Assembly (NCBI RefSeq): GCF_963921235.1
Contig: NC_086097.1
Location: 148,244,001-148,308,000 of the forward strand
Direction: 5' to 3'
Origin: Mobula hypostoma
Taxonomy: Eukaryota
DNA length: 64,000 bases
Both the position numbers and the translations under genes were made by a program. This document shows positions 51,421 through 64,000 of this stretch, piece by piece. Each line of letters opens with the position of its first letter. Positions within the stretch are counted from its first letter, which is position 1. The notes beneath the pieces were generated by a model. It did no database searches. It saw nothing but the letters and a program-made list of their open reading frames with translations, and was not told where the DNA came from.

Positions 51421-51705
51421 TAACCATATAACCACATAACAATTACAGCACGAAAACAGGCCATCTTGGCCCTTCAAGACGGTGCCGAACTCTTACTCTC
51501 ACCTAGTCCCACTGACCTGCACTCAGCCCATAACCCTCCATTCCTTTCCTGTCCATATAGCTATCCAATTTAACTTTAAATGACAACATCGAACCTGCCT
51601 CAACCACTTCTGCTGGAAGCTTGTTCCACACAGCCACCACTCTCTGAGCAAAGAAGTTCCCCCTCATGTTACCCCTAAACTTTTACCCTTTAACTCTCAA
51701 CTCAT
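51421..51705 (-). mobile_element. CR1 3' end
   Basis: (taaccata)n tail and a CR1 3' block similar to 29800-29900. Confidence 0.75.
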
Positions 51706-54700
51706 ATTTATCTTGATTAATATCGTTGCCTGCTTTTATAAATGGTACTGTAAGTTAGAAGCTAGAGAAATGCAATTAATGAAATTTTAATTATTTTAAT
51801 ATGCATTATAATGATAGAAATAATCATCTGATTCTAAGAGTATGAATATGGAAGTGATGTAAATATTGACAATGCTTCTTCATGAAGCTCAGCTGTGTTA
51901 GAGCTGTGCAGTTTCAGTGGATGAACCTAGCTATCTGAATGGTGTGATTTCAAAGGAATACAAATGATTTTTCAATATTTTTGCATCCTGATCACTTGAT
52001 ATTTTCCAATAAATTTCGGGGGTTGAGTTTATTGAGGTGCCTCACACATTTTGGACCTCAAATAGATCCTGTCAGTATTATTTTTCTGTATTATGGATCT
52101 CTGTAGCTTTGTTCATTTTTTTGCTGTGGATTGCTTCCTTTCTGCTAATCCAAATGTCCTTCTCTGAAGCCTTCCTACAGTTACTGTGTTCAACCAAAGT
52201 CATATCAGTCTAGACAAACAGTTCTGTCATTTAAATCTTAAGTCTGGGAGCCCATTCAGCACATTGTTGTGATGCTTTGCAAGATCAATCCAAACTATTT
52301 TTTTTGCTTAATTACAGCCATATTTCAACCCCTCAATGCAGTTAATCAGATAAAGAAGATTAAAATGTATTACGCAGTGAATGGGGGTGATGTATATATT
52401 TTGTGTAGAGAAATTACTTTCTTTATGAGCATCATTGGATTACAGCTCCTATGTTTATGGAAGACCTGATGTGAGATTTCCCCTTAATTTTTCTGGAAAC
52501 ACCGCACAAATTTAAACTTGAGAAATTTGAGGCAGATATTTGTCCAAATCAGTAGGGAATTGCCTCATTAGTTCAAGCACTTCAATGAGTGTGTATTGAG
52601 AGTGAAATTACTGAACTTATGGACAAGTTTTTAGTAATCAGTCTGTAAATGATCTTCACTGCTGGACTCCACGTGCGACCTAGCAGCACAATGCAAATCA
52701 ATCATTGGGAAGCTAAGCAATGGGCTTTGTGCCAGGATAGACCTGATGTAAGATATGCATACCTCTTCATTTGAATAGAGATTTTACAGTCTCAAGGCAT
52801 AAAGGACAGAATAATCTAATTTTATCTTTTAAGATATTTACATTTTAAAAAGATTTTTATATATGTTGCATCGCTTTCAATAATTTGAAATTGATCTTCT
52901 AAAGATTTTATTATATTATATATTTTTAAATATATTTTAATAGTGGCTTTTGAAGTGCTTCTGTGCGCCAGAACCTTTCTGCACCTTCCTCTCTTCCACC
53001 CTTGGTTTAAACTTTCAGAATTTCTCTTCCCTTACTGCCATGCAGAATGGCTATCTAAGGCACAATGCTGATAAGTAAAAGCACTGGTGGCTGAAGTCAA
53101 TGCACTTACCGTAAAATTTACTTATGTCTCTAGCTGTAGTCCTCACCAAAAATGCAACTCCAGTCAACCCCCCCCCCACAAAAACCTTCAAAGAGAATTG
53201 CTCCAGAGGATGGAGGTCAGAGTGTTCATCTTCCAGCTGAAAGTTAGTTAATTTCTTATGACCCACTGAGCATTGATACCTACTTGGCATACTTTCATTT
53301 GTTTTCACATGATGTATGAAGTAATGAAATACCTAAATTTCTTTGTAATTCATGTTTGCTTGCAGTTTGAAATCAAAATTGGAGGGAAAAAAATCAGCAT
53401 CGGCAGCACTAACACAGGAATGATTCTTCACTCTCGAGACTTGTGTGTATGTATTTGTTAAAACAGCTTGTGTACATTCACTAAATAAGAATATCCCCCT
53501 AATGTGTTAGAGTACTGATTCCTAAGTTAAATTCCCAGACTGGCTTTTAGTGAAGCAGCCCACCGCTTGATCCATTTGATATTTAACTGAAGGAAGACAT
53601 GAGGCACACTCCCCAGGCAGCTGCTTCCTGCTTCAACCAGCTATTAGAAATGTTAAAAATTCATTAGTCCTCAATCTGTGCAGAACTCTAGGGAGAGACA
53701 AAACATGCCTAAGAGCTTTTTTTCTCTCCTTCTTCTGAATGTATGATGGAATATTTTAATGGTAAAATAATGCACCTGCTTTAATGTTTTTTGAGAAAAG
53801 TTAATGACCATCAATATTACCATTGTGATCTCTTGCTTTTTCCCCCCTCTCTTGTGTGGTTAAGTTAATGCTTTGAATTTGCATCAGGGAAGAAGTATTT
53901 AAGAAATGTTTTTAATTAGTGGCAGACTAAAATTGACCAACTCGTTGAAGTCCATTTAGTTTTCTATTCTTCAATACACCAATGTCAGGAGCAACAACTT
54001 GCATCTCTAAAGTGCTTTCAGTATAGAACCTACCATGAAGTGTTTAGGACAGAAGGTAATGAAAAACTTAACAGGCTTGAAGGAGATTTCACTGAGCCAT
54101 AGCGGAAGAGTTAGGAGAGATGACTGAAAGTTTGATCAAATAATGTGTTTTTGACAAAAATAAACAGTCAAAACCCCAAAACTCAGGGCTTAGGCTCAAA
54201 ACTTTGACTAATTATTCCTTTCCATACATGCTACCTGACCTGCTGAGTTCCTCCAGCAGTTTTGTATGCGTTACTCTGGATTTCCAGTATCTGTACAATC
54301 TCATATTTGTGTGTATGACAATTTTTTTTAATGATGACAATGGACGTGATGGGACAGGAGACTTACTTGTTAAGGATTACACTGGCTACACTGCCAGTTA
54401 TGGGATAGAGAAGGAGTACAAAATAGAGGGCTGAAACAATCAAAATAAAATGCAAGGCATGCAGGAATTTATAAAACAGACTGAGGATTGTAAATATATT
54501 TGGTAGAACTAAGAGTCAATATGTCTTAGTGAGGACAGAAATGATGGATGATTAGGTGGAAGGATGAGAGCCCATAAAATTGGAGATATTGGAAGAAGCT
54601 TTTACCTTGGGGATGAATTCCAATACAATAACATTTCTGGTCCCTTTTTATATCTGTGCCAATCTGTGAATCATCGCTCTTCCAGTATTTAAGTACCCCA

Positions 54701-56309
54701 CAACCCACAGACACTCTTCTCTATTACTGGATAATTTCCCAGTACTTTTCACAAAAGTTATTAGTTTCACTATTCTTTTGAGAAGATCATAACAAGATGG
54801 TTCTTAAAAAGACTCCCCATCCCTAGCCCTTTAGACTAAATTACATCAAGTCCATATCCTCCTACCAAACTGAAAATATTTTTTTCCGAAATGCATTACC
54901 AATACCTCTACAATTTTGAACAAGTCTGTTGAATCTCCTCTTAAACTTCCAACTGAGTAGTCCAGTGTATTTAATTTCTCCTTTGGTCATTCAGGCGTAA
55001 TAGAGTCAAACCTTCACAACATCATACAGTTTCTAGTTTCTAGGGGAGTTTTGATTTTAGCCAGGATATTCTTGTTGCTATGACCAGTCTGGAGGCTGAT
55101 TTTTAAGGAATATATTTTGGGAGAGAAATGATAAGGAGTCACGAATAGCAAATCTGAACCATTGATAAATATGTAAGGAGAGATGCGATGATAATAAGAA
55201 AGAACCATTTACAAAGTTGGTAAACATGGTGCTATGAAGTGCTGGCAGAATTATCTAAGACTGAAAGGGATACTAATGTTGATGATCAAAATTGGGAATG
55301 AGGTGAGAGATATCATGGGGAGTTAATCATAGGAGCATGGGAATGTTAAGAACAACATGGACCAGTAAAATGCCAAAGAAATTCACTCAGATCAGGTTGA
55401 GTGGCAAAATCGCTGAATGGCATTGATCAGAAAGAAAGGAGAAGTGATGTTAACTTTGATTTGTGTGTCATATATTCTAGGAACCAGGCTCTATTAACAT
55501 TAGTTAACTGGATTGAACTCTATTATGATATTTTCTGTGGCTAAATGACCTGAAAACAGATGAATTAGGTTCTCATGTACTGCAGTGCAGTCTGTGCTAT
55601 GTTTATTGAATAATATTAGCAGTTGGAACTTAGAAATGAAAGGAAAGGGTTCAGGTTCAATTGAAATGTGATATATGTTAAAAAAACAGTACAACCTGCA
55701 CATGCCATTGTGAATCCCATTCAGCCAAATTCAAATCTCTGGCCACTTTATCAGATTAAAATTGTTATTGCTTTCAAGTCATGTAGACTGGGAAGAAAAT
55801 TGATTCTGTATAAAAATTAATGGTCAGGAGAACAGATAACATTGAGATTTAATATGTATATTACATTGGATGGAATAGATGAACAGCAAAAAGATGTATA
55901 GTGGAAATAATAATTAACAATCAGAATCATGGAGACCTGTGTATTGTTAAGCAATAGCTTAGGTTTGTTATACTGAATGCTCTGTGTCCATGCTGCAGGT
56001 TCTACTTTATGGTATATAAATAATAAAGAAAGTATTTGCATCTTGAGAATGTATTGGATCTTCAAGATCTCCACTACGCTGCTACACAAAGAAGGTGTAT
56101 AAACACTGATGCTTTAGCTCTGATGTTAAAGATTAAGGATTTATTGTGCTCAATAAAATGGAGGTATAGATGCTGGTTTAATGCTTCACCATAACCACTG
56201 CACATGCTCTTGCCAGTAATAAATATTCTGAAAAGAAATTAGGTAGTTTTTAAAGTGGACGTAACAGCAAAAAAGCCCTACGAAATAGAACTTACTGTAA
56301 CCCATTATC

Positions 56310-56900
56310 CAGGCCATGATCGCTTCCTGCTATTACCATTGGGCAGGAAGAACAGAAGCCCTAGGTCCCACACCAACAGGTTCTGGAACAATTATTATCC
56401 GGCAACCATCAGACTCCTGAACAGATATGGATAACTTCACTCACAATGCTGAACAGAATCTATGACCTACAGATTCACCTTTAAGGTCTCTTTATAACAC
56501 ATGTTCTCAGTATTGTTTTTACACATTTTGTCTTCTTTTGCACATTGGTTGTTTGTCAGCCTTCATTTACTCAAATTCAGATCCAGATTTAGATTAATTT
56601 ATTTGTCACATATTCATTGAAACACACAGTGCAAAGCTTCTCTTTTGTATGGTACTTATCTTCATAGACAGAAAGTATCCCAAATTTGATCATTCTGGAT
56701 TTGCTATGGCTCGGTAGTAATTCCTACAGTTATATAATGACTGTAAATTATATAACACAGTTGCAATTATGTGTATAGTTTTTTTTATAAATTCCATCAC
56801 ATTTTTTTACATTTCCTGTAAAGGCTTGCAAGAAAATGAATCTCATCAGTATATGGTAACATGCATGTACTTTGATAATACATTTACTTTGAACTTTGAA
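56310..56900 (+). mobile_element. Rex1/Babar-like 3' end
   Basis: HPGH...LLPLGRKNRS.RSHTNRF remnant and an (actttga)n tail. Confidence 0.6.
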
Positions 56901-57297
56901 CTAATTGTTATTTGCCACGTAAGGGTCAGATGTCAGTTTCACCCATTATGTCAAAGCAGAAATTACCAAGAATTTCTTATGTTTGTTCAATTGGCCTCTT
57001 GCCAAAGTTTTAGGAGGAGATAATCATTTATCCTATAGGATCTTAAATCCTCAATATTTTGGTAACACATTACAAGATACAACTCTTTTGTGTTGGGGTC
57101 AATAGCTATCAAAGTCAGGACAAAAGCTTTATCATGTTTTATGGACCCAAAATGTACATGGTCTAAAATCCCAGATAATGCAGCACATACTAGTGTCAGT
57201 AACCTGCACTATTATTTCTCCCAACAAATAAGTAAATTTATTAGATGGGCTTCCAAATCTGTTATTTCTATTAGGCTTCAGTCAGAGGATTTCCATG

Positions 57298-57842
57298 CAA
57301 ATGTGGGCTCCTTATTTTAGAAAGGATATACTGACGTTGGAGAGGGTTCAGAGAAGATTCACAAGAATGATTCCAGGAATGAAAGGGTTACCGTATGAGG
57401 AACATCTGGCAGCCCTTGGACTGTATTCCCTGGAGTTCAGGAGAATGAGGGGGGATCTCATAGAAACATTCCAAATGTTAAAAAACCTGAACAGATTAGA
57501 TATGGCAAAGTTATTTCCCATGGTAGGGGAGTCTAGGACAAGAGGGCATGACTTCAGGATTGAAGGATGTCCATTTAGAACAGAGATTGCGAGAAATTAC
57601 TTTAGTCAGAGGGTGGAAAATCTGTGGAATTTGATGCCACAAGAGGATATGGAGGCCAAGTCATTGGGTCCATTCAATGCAGAGATAGATAGGTTCTTGA
57701 TTAACTAAGGCATCAAAGGGTATGGGGAGAAGGCAGGGAAGTGGGGATGATTGGTAGAATTGGATCAGCTCATGATTGAATGACAGAGCAGACTCGATGA
57801 GCCAAATGGCGTACTTCTGCTCCTATATCTTCTGGTCTTATA
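57298..57842 (+). mobile_element. CR1 3' end
   Basis: ORF 57295..57708 (WAPYFRKDILTLERVQRRFTRMIPG...RGDLIETF) and a CR1 tail. Confidence 0.85.
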
Positions 57843-58044
57843 ATTTCGTGGAATAGCAGTCCAGCAATACTAGGATATCAGAAACCTGATCTCGACTGAT
57901 GACTCAGCCTTTTTACTCACACAACCTGTAAGGTTCCTTCTGTAGATAATGTTCCAGAATCCTTTGCATATGGAACTATGAATCTTAAATTAAAGATGAA
58001 TTGTTGAATGTGGTACTTCAGTGGTACATCTCAAACCTTGTGGA

Positions 58045-58650
58045 AAACCTGTCACTCAATGTCAACAAAACCAAAGAGCTAATTACTTGAGTACAGGAGG
58101 AAGGAACCAGGGTCCATGAACTAGTCCTCATTAGGAGATCAGAGATGGAGAGGGTCAGAAACTTCAAATTCCTCTGTGTTATCATATCAGAGAATCCTGG
58201 GGCCAGCAGTACCTTTACTTTCTTTGAAGTTTACACTGATTCAGCATATCATCTAAAACTTTGTCAAACTTCTATGGTTACAGTGGTTGCATCGCTGCCT
58301 GGAATGGAAACGTCAATGCCCAGCAATGAAAAAGCCTACAGAAGGCGGTGGGTGCAGCCCAGTCAATAACAGGAAAAGCCTTTCACACCATTGTGCACAC
58401 CTACAAGGAGTGCTGCTGCAAGAAAGCAGCATCCATCATCAAAGATGCCCACCATCTAGGCCATGGTTTCTTCTCACCGCTGCTGTTGGGAAGGAGGTAC
58501 AGGAGCCTTAGGTCCCACACCACCACATTCAGTTACTATTCTTCAGCCATTAGGCTTCTGAACCAGCATGGTAACATCACTCACCTCAACACTGAACTGA
58601 TTCTACGACCCATGGACTCAATTTCAAGGGCTCTACAACTCATGTACTCA
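58045..58650 (+). mobile_element. Rex1/Babar-like 3' part
   Basis: ERVRNFKFL and CCKKAASIIKDAHH motifs. Confidence 0.7.
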
Positions 58651-58894
58651 GTATGTATGAACGTTGAAAACCTTGGGATTTTAATCCTTGACGTGAGAAG
58701 AAACATCACTCGAAGAGCTATGAATCTATGGAATTTTCCTGTCTAGGAAATTTTGAATGCATCATTTGTTCAGAATATTCAGTGAGGCTGTTCACCTTGG
58801 ATAACAACAGAATATAACTTTCACTCCAGAGTGAATCTAAGGTCCTTCCTTCCTTCCTTGTGCCCTTAACTCCTGGTGGACAACCCCAGAAGAT

Positions 58895-59200
58895 TCACAG
58901 TTGAAGTGTTGCCTCACCAAGAAGGTCTATTTGGAGCCCTGAATGGAGCTGAGGGAGGAGGTGAATGGGCAAGTGTAGCACTTAGGCTTCTTGCAGGGCT
59001 AAGTGCCTGGATGGAATTAGTAGAGAGGAATAAATGGACAAGAGAATCACAGAACAATCCCTGTGGAAAACAGAAAGAGAGATAAAGATGTGTTTAGTAG
59101 TAGGATCCCTTTGGAAATGGTGGAAGTTGCAGAGAATAATGTGCTGGATGTGAATGCTCATAGGGTGGTAGTTAAGGACAAGAGGAAGGGTTCACTATTT
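58895..59200 (-). mobile_element. Penelope-like fragment
   Basis: Similar to 7505-7830, the region just upstream of the GIY-YIG. Confidence 0.6.
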
Positions 59201-60377
59201 GGTGGTGGGAAGATTATGATCTTATGATCTTATTATCTTCTTCCTGAGAGATCTGGTTGGTCCTGGAACTAATGCTGCATCTGCATCATTACACCCCACC
59301 CCTGCATTCTGTACTGAAGTGTCATCCCAGTTCTTGCGCTTTAATGTCCAGTGTGGGACTTAAAAAAAAATTAACCTTCCAACTGCAAGAACTACTATCG
59401 AGCCATAGCAAATCCAAAGTGATCGAATTTGGGATGTTTTCTGTCTATGACGATTAGTACCATACAACATGAAGCGTTCAACCATCCAGTGAGTTAACTT
59501 GAAACATTATTTCCGACACTGCTGGTGTTCAGAGTCATTAGAATGTTCCTCTGACTGTGCAAGAATGTTACTGCAGTCCTCAGAGGGTAAATACAATATC
59601 CAATCTGAGACTGATATTTGCAGAATCCTCAGCTAATTACTTTTTAACTACCAAAACTACAGTTACTGCTGCGTAGGGAAAACAAGGCACAATAGCGACA
59701 ACTTGGAATGTGTTACTGCCCTGCAGAGGGCTGAGCCATAATTAGAAAATGTCTGCAGGATATTCCCAGTGAATGTCCCTCATTACATATTTGTGTTTAA
59801 CCAGGAAATGATATTAAGTCACCAGAGTGTCTGAGGATTGATTTATATAATTTGAAGCTGCACTTTTTTTAACTATAATAATTTTTTTAGACTGGATAGC
59901 CATGTTTGACGTGTGCAGCTTCCAGTCAAAATAACATCAGCCCATTAATGAGAATGCCCAAAACTTGTCACTTATTCCTGTGTTTTTCAGGAACTTTCAT
60001 GGATACTATCCTTGAAAGGAAGTGGTGCTCCAACAATGTCACTTTTGAACCAGATGAAAATATGTGTGAATAGCGCAGCTTACATAGGTAGGTCACCTTC
60101 CTTCATTTCACATATGGGCATACACTTTGCTTTCACTAATCATCTGGTACTTCCTTGACGTTGCATCTTTTTAATCGCATCTGCTTATTCGTGGATCCAC
60201 AGTTCATTGATTAAATTAGGTCAGTTAAAACTTTTACTACAGGTCACTTTAATACCAGTCATTTTTAATGAAGTCAAAGGGTTAAGGATCATTTTTGCCA
60301 TTTCCTATTCCCCAATGAATCGTCAAAAATAAACACAAGTAATTACCACCATGATATAAATGATAACAATAAGAGCT

Positions 60378-60500
60378 GTAGATGCCCTCTAATCCTTGCA
60401 GCATTCTGGTAAACGCCTTCTGCACCCTCTCCACAGACTCCACCTCCTTCCTGTAATGAGGTGAGCAGAATTGAAGGCAATGGTCCAGAAGCGGCCTAGG
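60378..60500 (-). mobile_element. CR1 fragment
   Basis: LDHCLQFCSPHYRKEVESVERVQKAFTRML in ORF 60282..60521. Confidence 0.7.
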
Positions 60501-62134
60501 AGGAGATTCATGAAGCCGCAACTTTGGAAATTCTTTTCAAATTACGCCTCTGGCATTAATCTTCCAACCAGTGGACCTCAAATAAACCTCTTGTTAACCT
60601 TTTCTGTTCCAACGAGGATATTTTCAGATCATGTGGATGGTGTCCTTCGGCCACACTCACACTCAAGTTTGTCTCCTGGAAAGGAGAAATGTTCCAGGAG
60701 TGCAAAATTGGACTGTGTGCCTCATCAGCAGAAAAATATTTTCACTTACCTTTCAGCCAAATAGAATATTTCAATGTAGTGTTTAGATTCTGGGAAAAGG
60801 CTGCATTTTGGCAAGCTCCCGCACTACTGCCCAGAGATTTAATGGAAGGAACTGACATTAAATAAATAAGTTTGAAACAGCTAACAGATCAAACAGCAGA
60901 GACATAAAAGGATATTTAATGTTTCAGGTAGAAATCCTGTGATCAGAAATGGGAGATGGAACAGATTAAATATATTTATTAAAGAATGGAAGTAGAAGAG
61001 ATAGAGAACAGAAAACGACAATGGTGAGTGATTAGATGGAGGACAGAAGTTGATTCTTTAAAGTGGTGTTCTTTTAGCAGGATTAATTATATGTTCAATC
61101 TATGGGGCTGCTGCCGCCGCTATTGGATACAGTTTAGCATTTAGCAGTGAAGATTGATTTAAAGAAAAAAAGCAAATCAGCAGATTCATCGCAAATGGTT
61201 TTGAATCGATGCATGTTGAAGGCACACAAGTGCCTGTGCTTAACTTCAGATGGGCAAATGGCACCGTCTTGCAATACAGCAAGGAATGTGCAGTGTGCAC
61301 TAGATAATGCACATGTACCAGATCAAATTACCAATATGTATTGCTGAATATCATTGACCTTGAATTTAAACCTGTTTCGTTTGAAAAGCAAACAAGATTG
61401 AATCAGTGCTGATTCTGCTTTTATGAACTGCAATGGTTATTCAGTCTTACTAAATCACCCTCATTTTAAGAGTGGCATTGTCAATCTGAAACATAAATGG
61501 CACATTCTTGCTTACGTTTTATAGGTGAAATAGACGCAATGAGGAGAAATTCCAATGATCAACATTCTGCTTCTGTTAGACCTGTTTCTGAATCAGGCAG
61601 GTTCTAGGGTTGTATATGGAGGCTGCCGACAAAGATTATTCGGTCCTTTGTATCTACAAATAAAAAATCGATGGATTGCTTTACTAACCCCCTTCTTTTC
61701 CTGCCCTCCCCTATTTCAGCATGAGCGGCCAATGTAATGGTCATGAACTTTAAATGTACTTAAACACAAAAAATTATGTGGCCCGGAGAGCAAGAAGTCA
61801 GGCTAGATATCTACCATTTCATTGTATGTGGTTTTAAAAGTATTTGTATATAATCAAAATTACCCAGGGTCATTATTAACAGCCATTGATTGAATGGTAG
61901 AATGAAAGCAAGTTTGTAGAAATGGAAACAGTAATAGAAGAATTATTTAAGTCAGCACTCTTATGCCGACCACAAAGTTCAGACCAGCAGATCCAAGGTA
62001 TCAGTTTTCACTTCCATTACTCCTCCCACACACATTGCAAAGTTACTAGACAAAATATAGAAGCTGTTGTTAAGGTCTGGCGTTATTTAAATATCCTATA
62101 CAATGAAACTTCTCCATCAAGTCTGTACTGAAAT

Positions 62135-62355
62135 AATATCAGAAAATCCTGGAAACTGACAGCAAGGGAGACAATAGTTGTGCAGAGAGAAATTGCTAAT
62201 ATTTTCAGGTTGATAAATTGTCATCAGAATATTGATCTGAAGCCTGTTCCTCTCTCCACAGATGCTACTGACCAGCTGAGGTTTTTCACCAAAAAAAAAC
62301 AGCAGATTATGTAATCTGCTTTTATTACAGATGTTCAGCATCTGCAGCTTTTTTA
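62135..62355. mobile_element. Old fold-back Penelope-terminus remnant
   Basis: Degenerate inverted pair of cagatgct...ctgag-type tail motifs, shared with the better-preserved Penelope mini-elements. Confidence 0.4.
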
Positions 62356-62849
62356 AAAAAAACATTTGAATTTAATTTGAACTTCACTGGAACAGTATAA
62401 ATGACAAAAAAGGGAGGTAAGGTGTGGATAGGAGAAGTAACGCAGCAAGTGAAAAAGAGTTGAGGGTCATGAATAATTTGTCGAATCTTGTATCAATGGC
62501 AGGTGAATGAGGCACAACAGGCTGGATAAGTACGAGCCTGCGATGTGTCAAACCAATGAAATGCTTGGAGAAATGTGCCAATGTGAGATGGGAGGCGTGA
62601 CGCAACATGTGGCATTGCCAGGCAAGTATTTTGGTGCTACATGTCAGTGTTGAGAAGCTCCTAAATCATCTGGACCCAGTATGACCCAGCCAATTAGGGT
62701 GCAGAGAAGAGCATCAAATATTGTCTGACATCCTTTAACACTATGAAATTAGAAAATCAGGAAATGAGCAATTGACAATCCGATACTTTTCTGAGTATAT
62801 CAAGGTTGATATAGTGAATTGATTTAGTTTGAAAACACTATGTCAGGTT

Positions 62850-63350
62850 TCTAGTTATCATATATTAACCTGCAAGGTGTAGGGACGCTCATCATGTACG
62901 TCAGCCATGTGCTAATAGAACAGGGGTCCATGGCAGAAAAAAGGCTGGCAACCCCTATAATAGAATGGAAACTACTTATATTCATTATGTTGAGAGCTGC
63001 CAAATGGACCTTTGTTTTCTGCATTTGTAGGAAACCCACCAGGTAGCAGAATTAAGTGTTGTCTCTATTTATCCCTTTCTGTTTTGCTTCATTCAATGGG
63101 GAAGAGAATGAAATACGTTGTACACCTGAAGGGATCAGCGGTGATCCTTTTGGAATAGTGAGCTGAGTGGAGTCACAAAGGTAACAGATGTTCCCTGAAA
63201 GTACCCATTTTCAAAGAAATACAAGGTGATGACAGTTCTGAATGAGAAAGACAACAGCATTGTGGTGAAAATGGGTTGCCAGACCTCAGCCTGTACCAGG
63301 GGTACATCATCGCCTTTCTCCAGCATCTCATAATAATCTCCAGTGGGATG
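62850..63350 (-). pseudogene. PIF/Harbinger-like transposase relic
   Basis: QPIFTT...TVITLYFFENGYFQGTS followed by GFLQMQ...FHSI, in the order of the Harbinger/HARBI1 motifs AL.FFA.GSFQ, AGFP.V and KGFHS.N. Highly degenerate. Confidence 0.45.
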
Positions 63351-64000
63351 AAAATAAATTGAGATGATGGCTAGTAAATAAAAATGTTCTTGAATGTTAT
63401 CTGCGGTTAGGAAACTGGCATAACCCAATATGTCTTTATTTTTTAAGAAATTTCCAAAGTAGCCCATTCCATCTTGTTCCTAACCTTTAGCAATGGCGAG
63501 ATGTCCAGTTACATACTTATGTTCTCAAAGCAAAATGCTAGTGTTTGCAGAGCTCACTCAGCGGGACAACAGATGACCTGTCACACTCTAAAGAGTCCAC
63601 TGTTACAAACTGAAATAAAGCAAGCAAAGGCACCTGCTCAGCTCCGTGAGAAGGTGCAGAAGAGGTTCACTAGGTTACTGAATGGATAACAGGGCGTGTG
63701 CTATCAGGAGCAGTTGCACTAGGGTTGTTTTCTTTGTAGTGTTGGAGGCTAATGACGAGAGGCCTATTAAAACATTTGAAATTGAAGCATTTAATTGTTT
63801 TAAGGGGGAAACGTTCCCCATCAGCACTTTTCAGGCAATGCAAGTGCATCCCACCACTCTCCCACCCCTGCACATAAAACATACACCCTGCTCTCCCTCT
63901 TCTTCTCCGCATGTACTACCCTATCTTCCCTTTCATCAAGTGGCTGAGCATGTTGACCCTAAGGCCACCACTCCTGGAAATGTGTTTTTTTTTCAATACA

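Noticed and set aside
63135..63467. 110-aa ORF as a membrane-protein exon
   Set aside because: No recognised host protein; better explained, tentatively, as a Harbinger relic.

Overview
AT-rich eukaryotic (vertebrate) genomic DNA dominated by decayed transposable elements. I recognised no intact host gene, so the window is probably intergenic or a large intron. The repeat spectrum (CR1 LINEs with an SGNH-esterase ORF1, Rex1/Babar-like LINEs, RTE fragments, Penelope-like elements with GIY-YIG and hammerhead motifs, an HE1/V-SINE-like SINE) suggests a cartilaginous fish; this is inference. The standout feature is a two-LTR Gypsy-type retrotransposon (18987-21945) whose RT/RNaseH/integrase region is replaced by an intronless, pseudogenised fragment of the host splicing-factor mRNA RBM25, i.e. 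an apparent LTR-mediated gene capture. Also notable: several minimal type I hammerhead ribozyme motifs in Penelope termini, some within TSD-flanked fold-back mini-elements; two copies of a short non-coding RTE-like element with 7-bp TSDs; Chapaev3-like and Harbinger-like transposase relics; solo LTRs; and two multi-level nested insertion clusters. All family calls come from motif recognition by eye, not database searches, and boundaries of decayed repeats are approximate.
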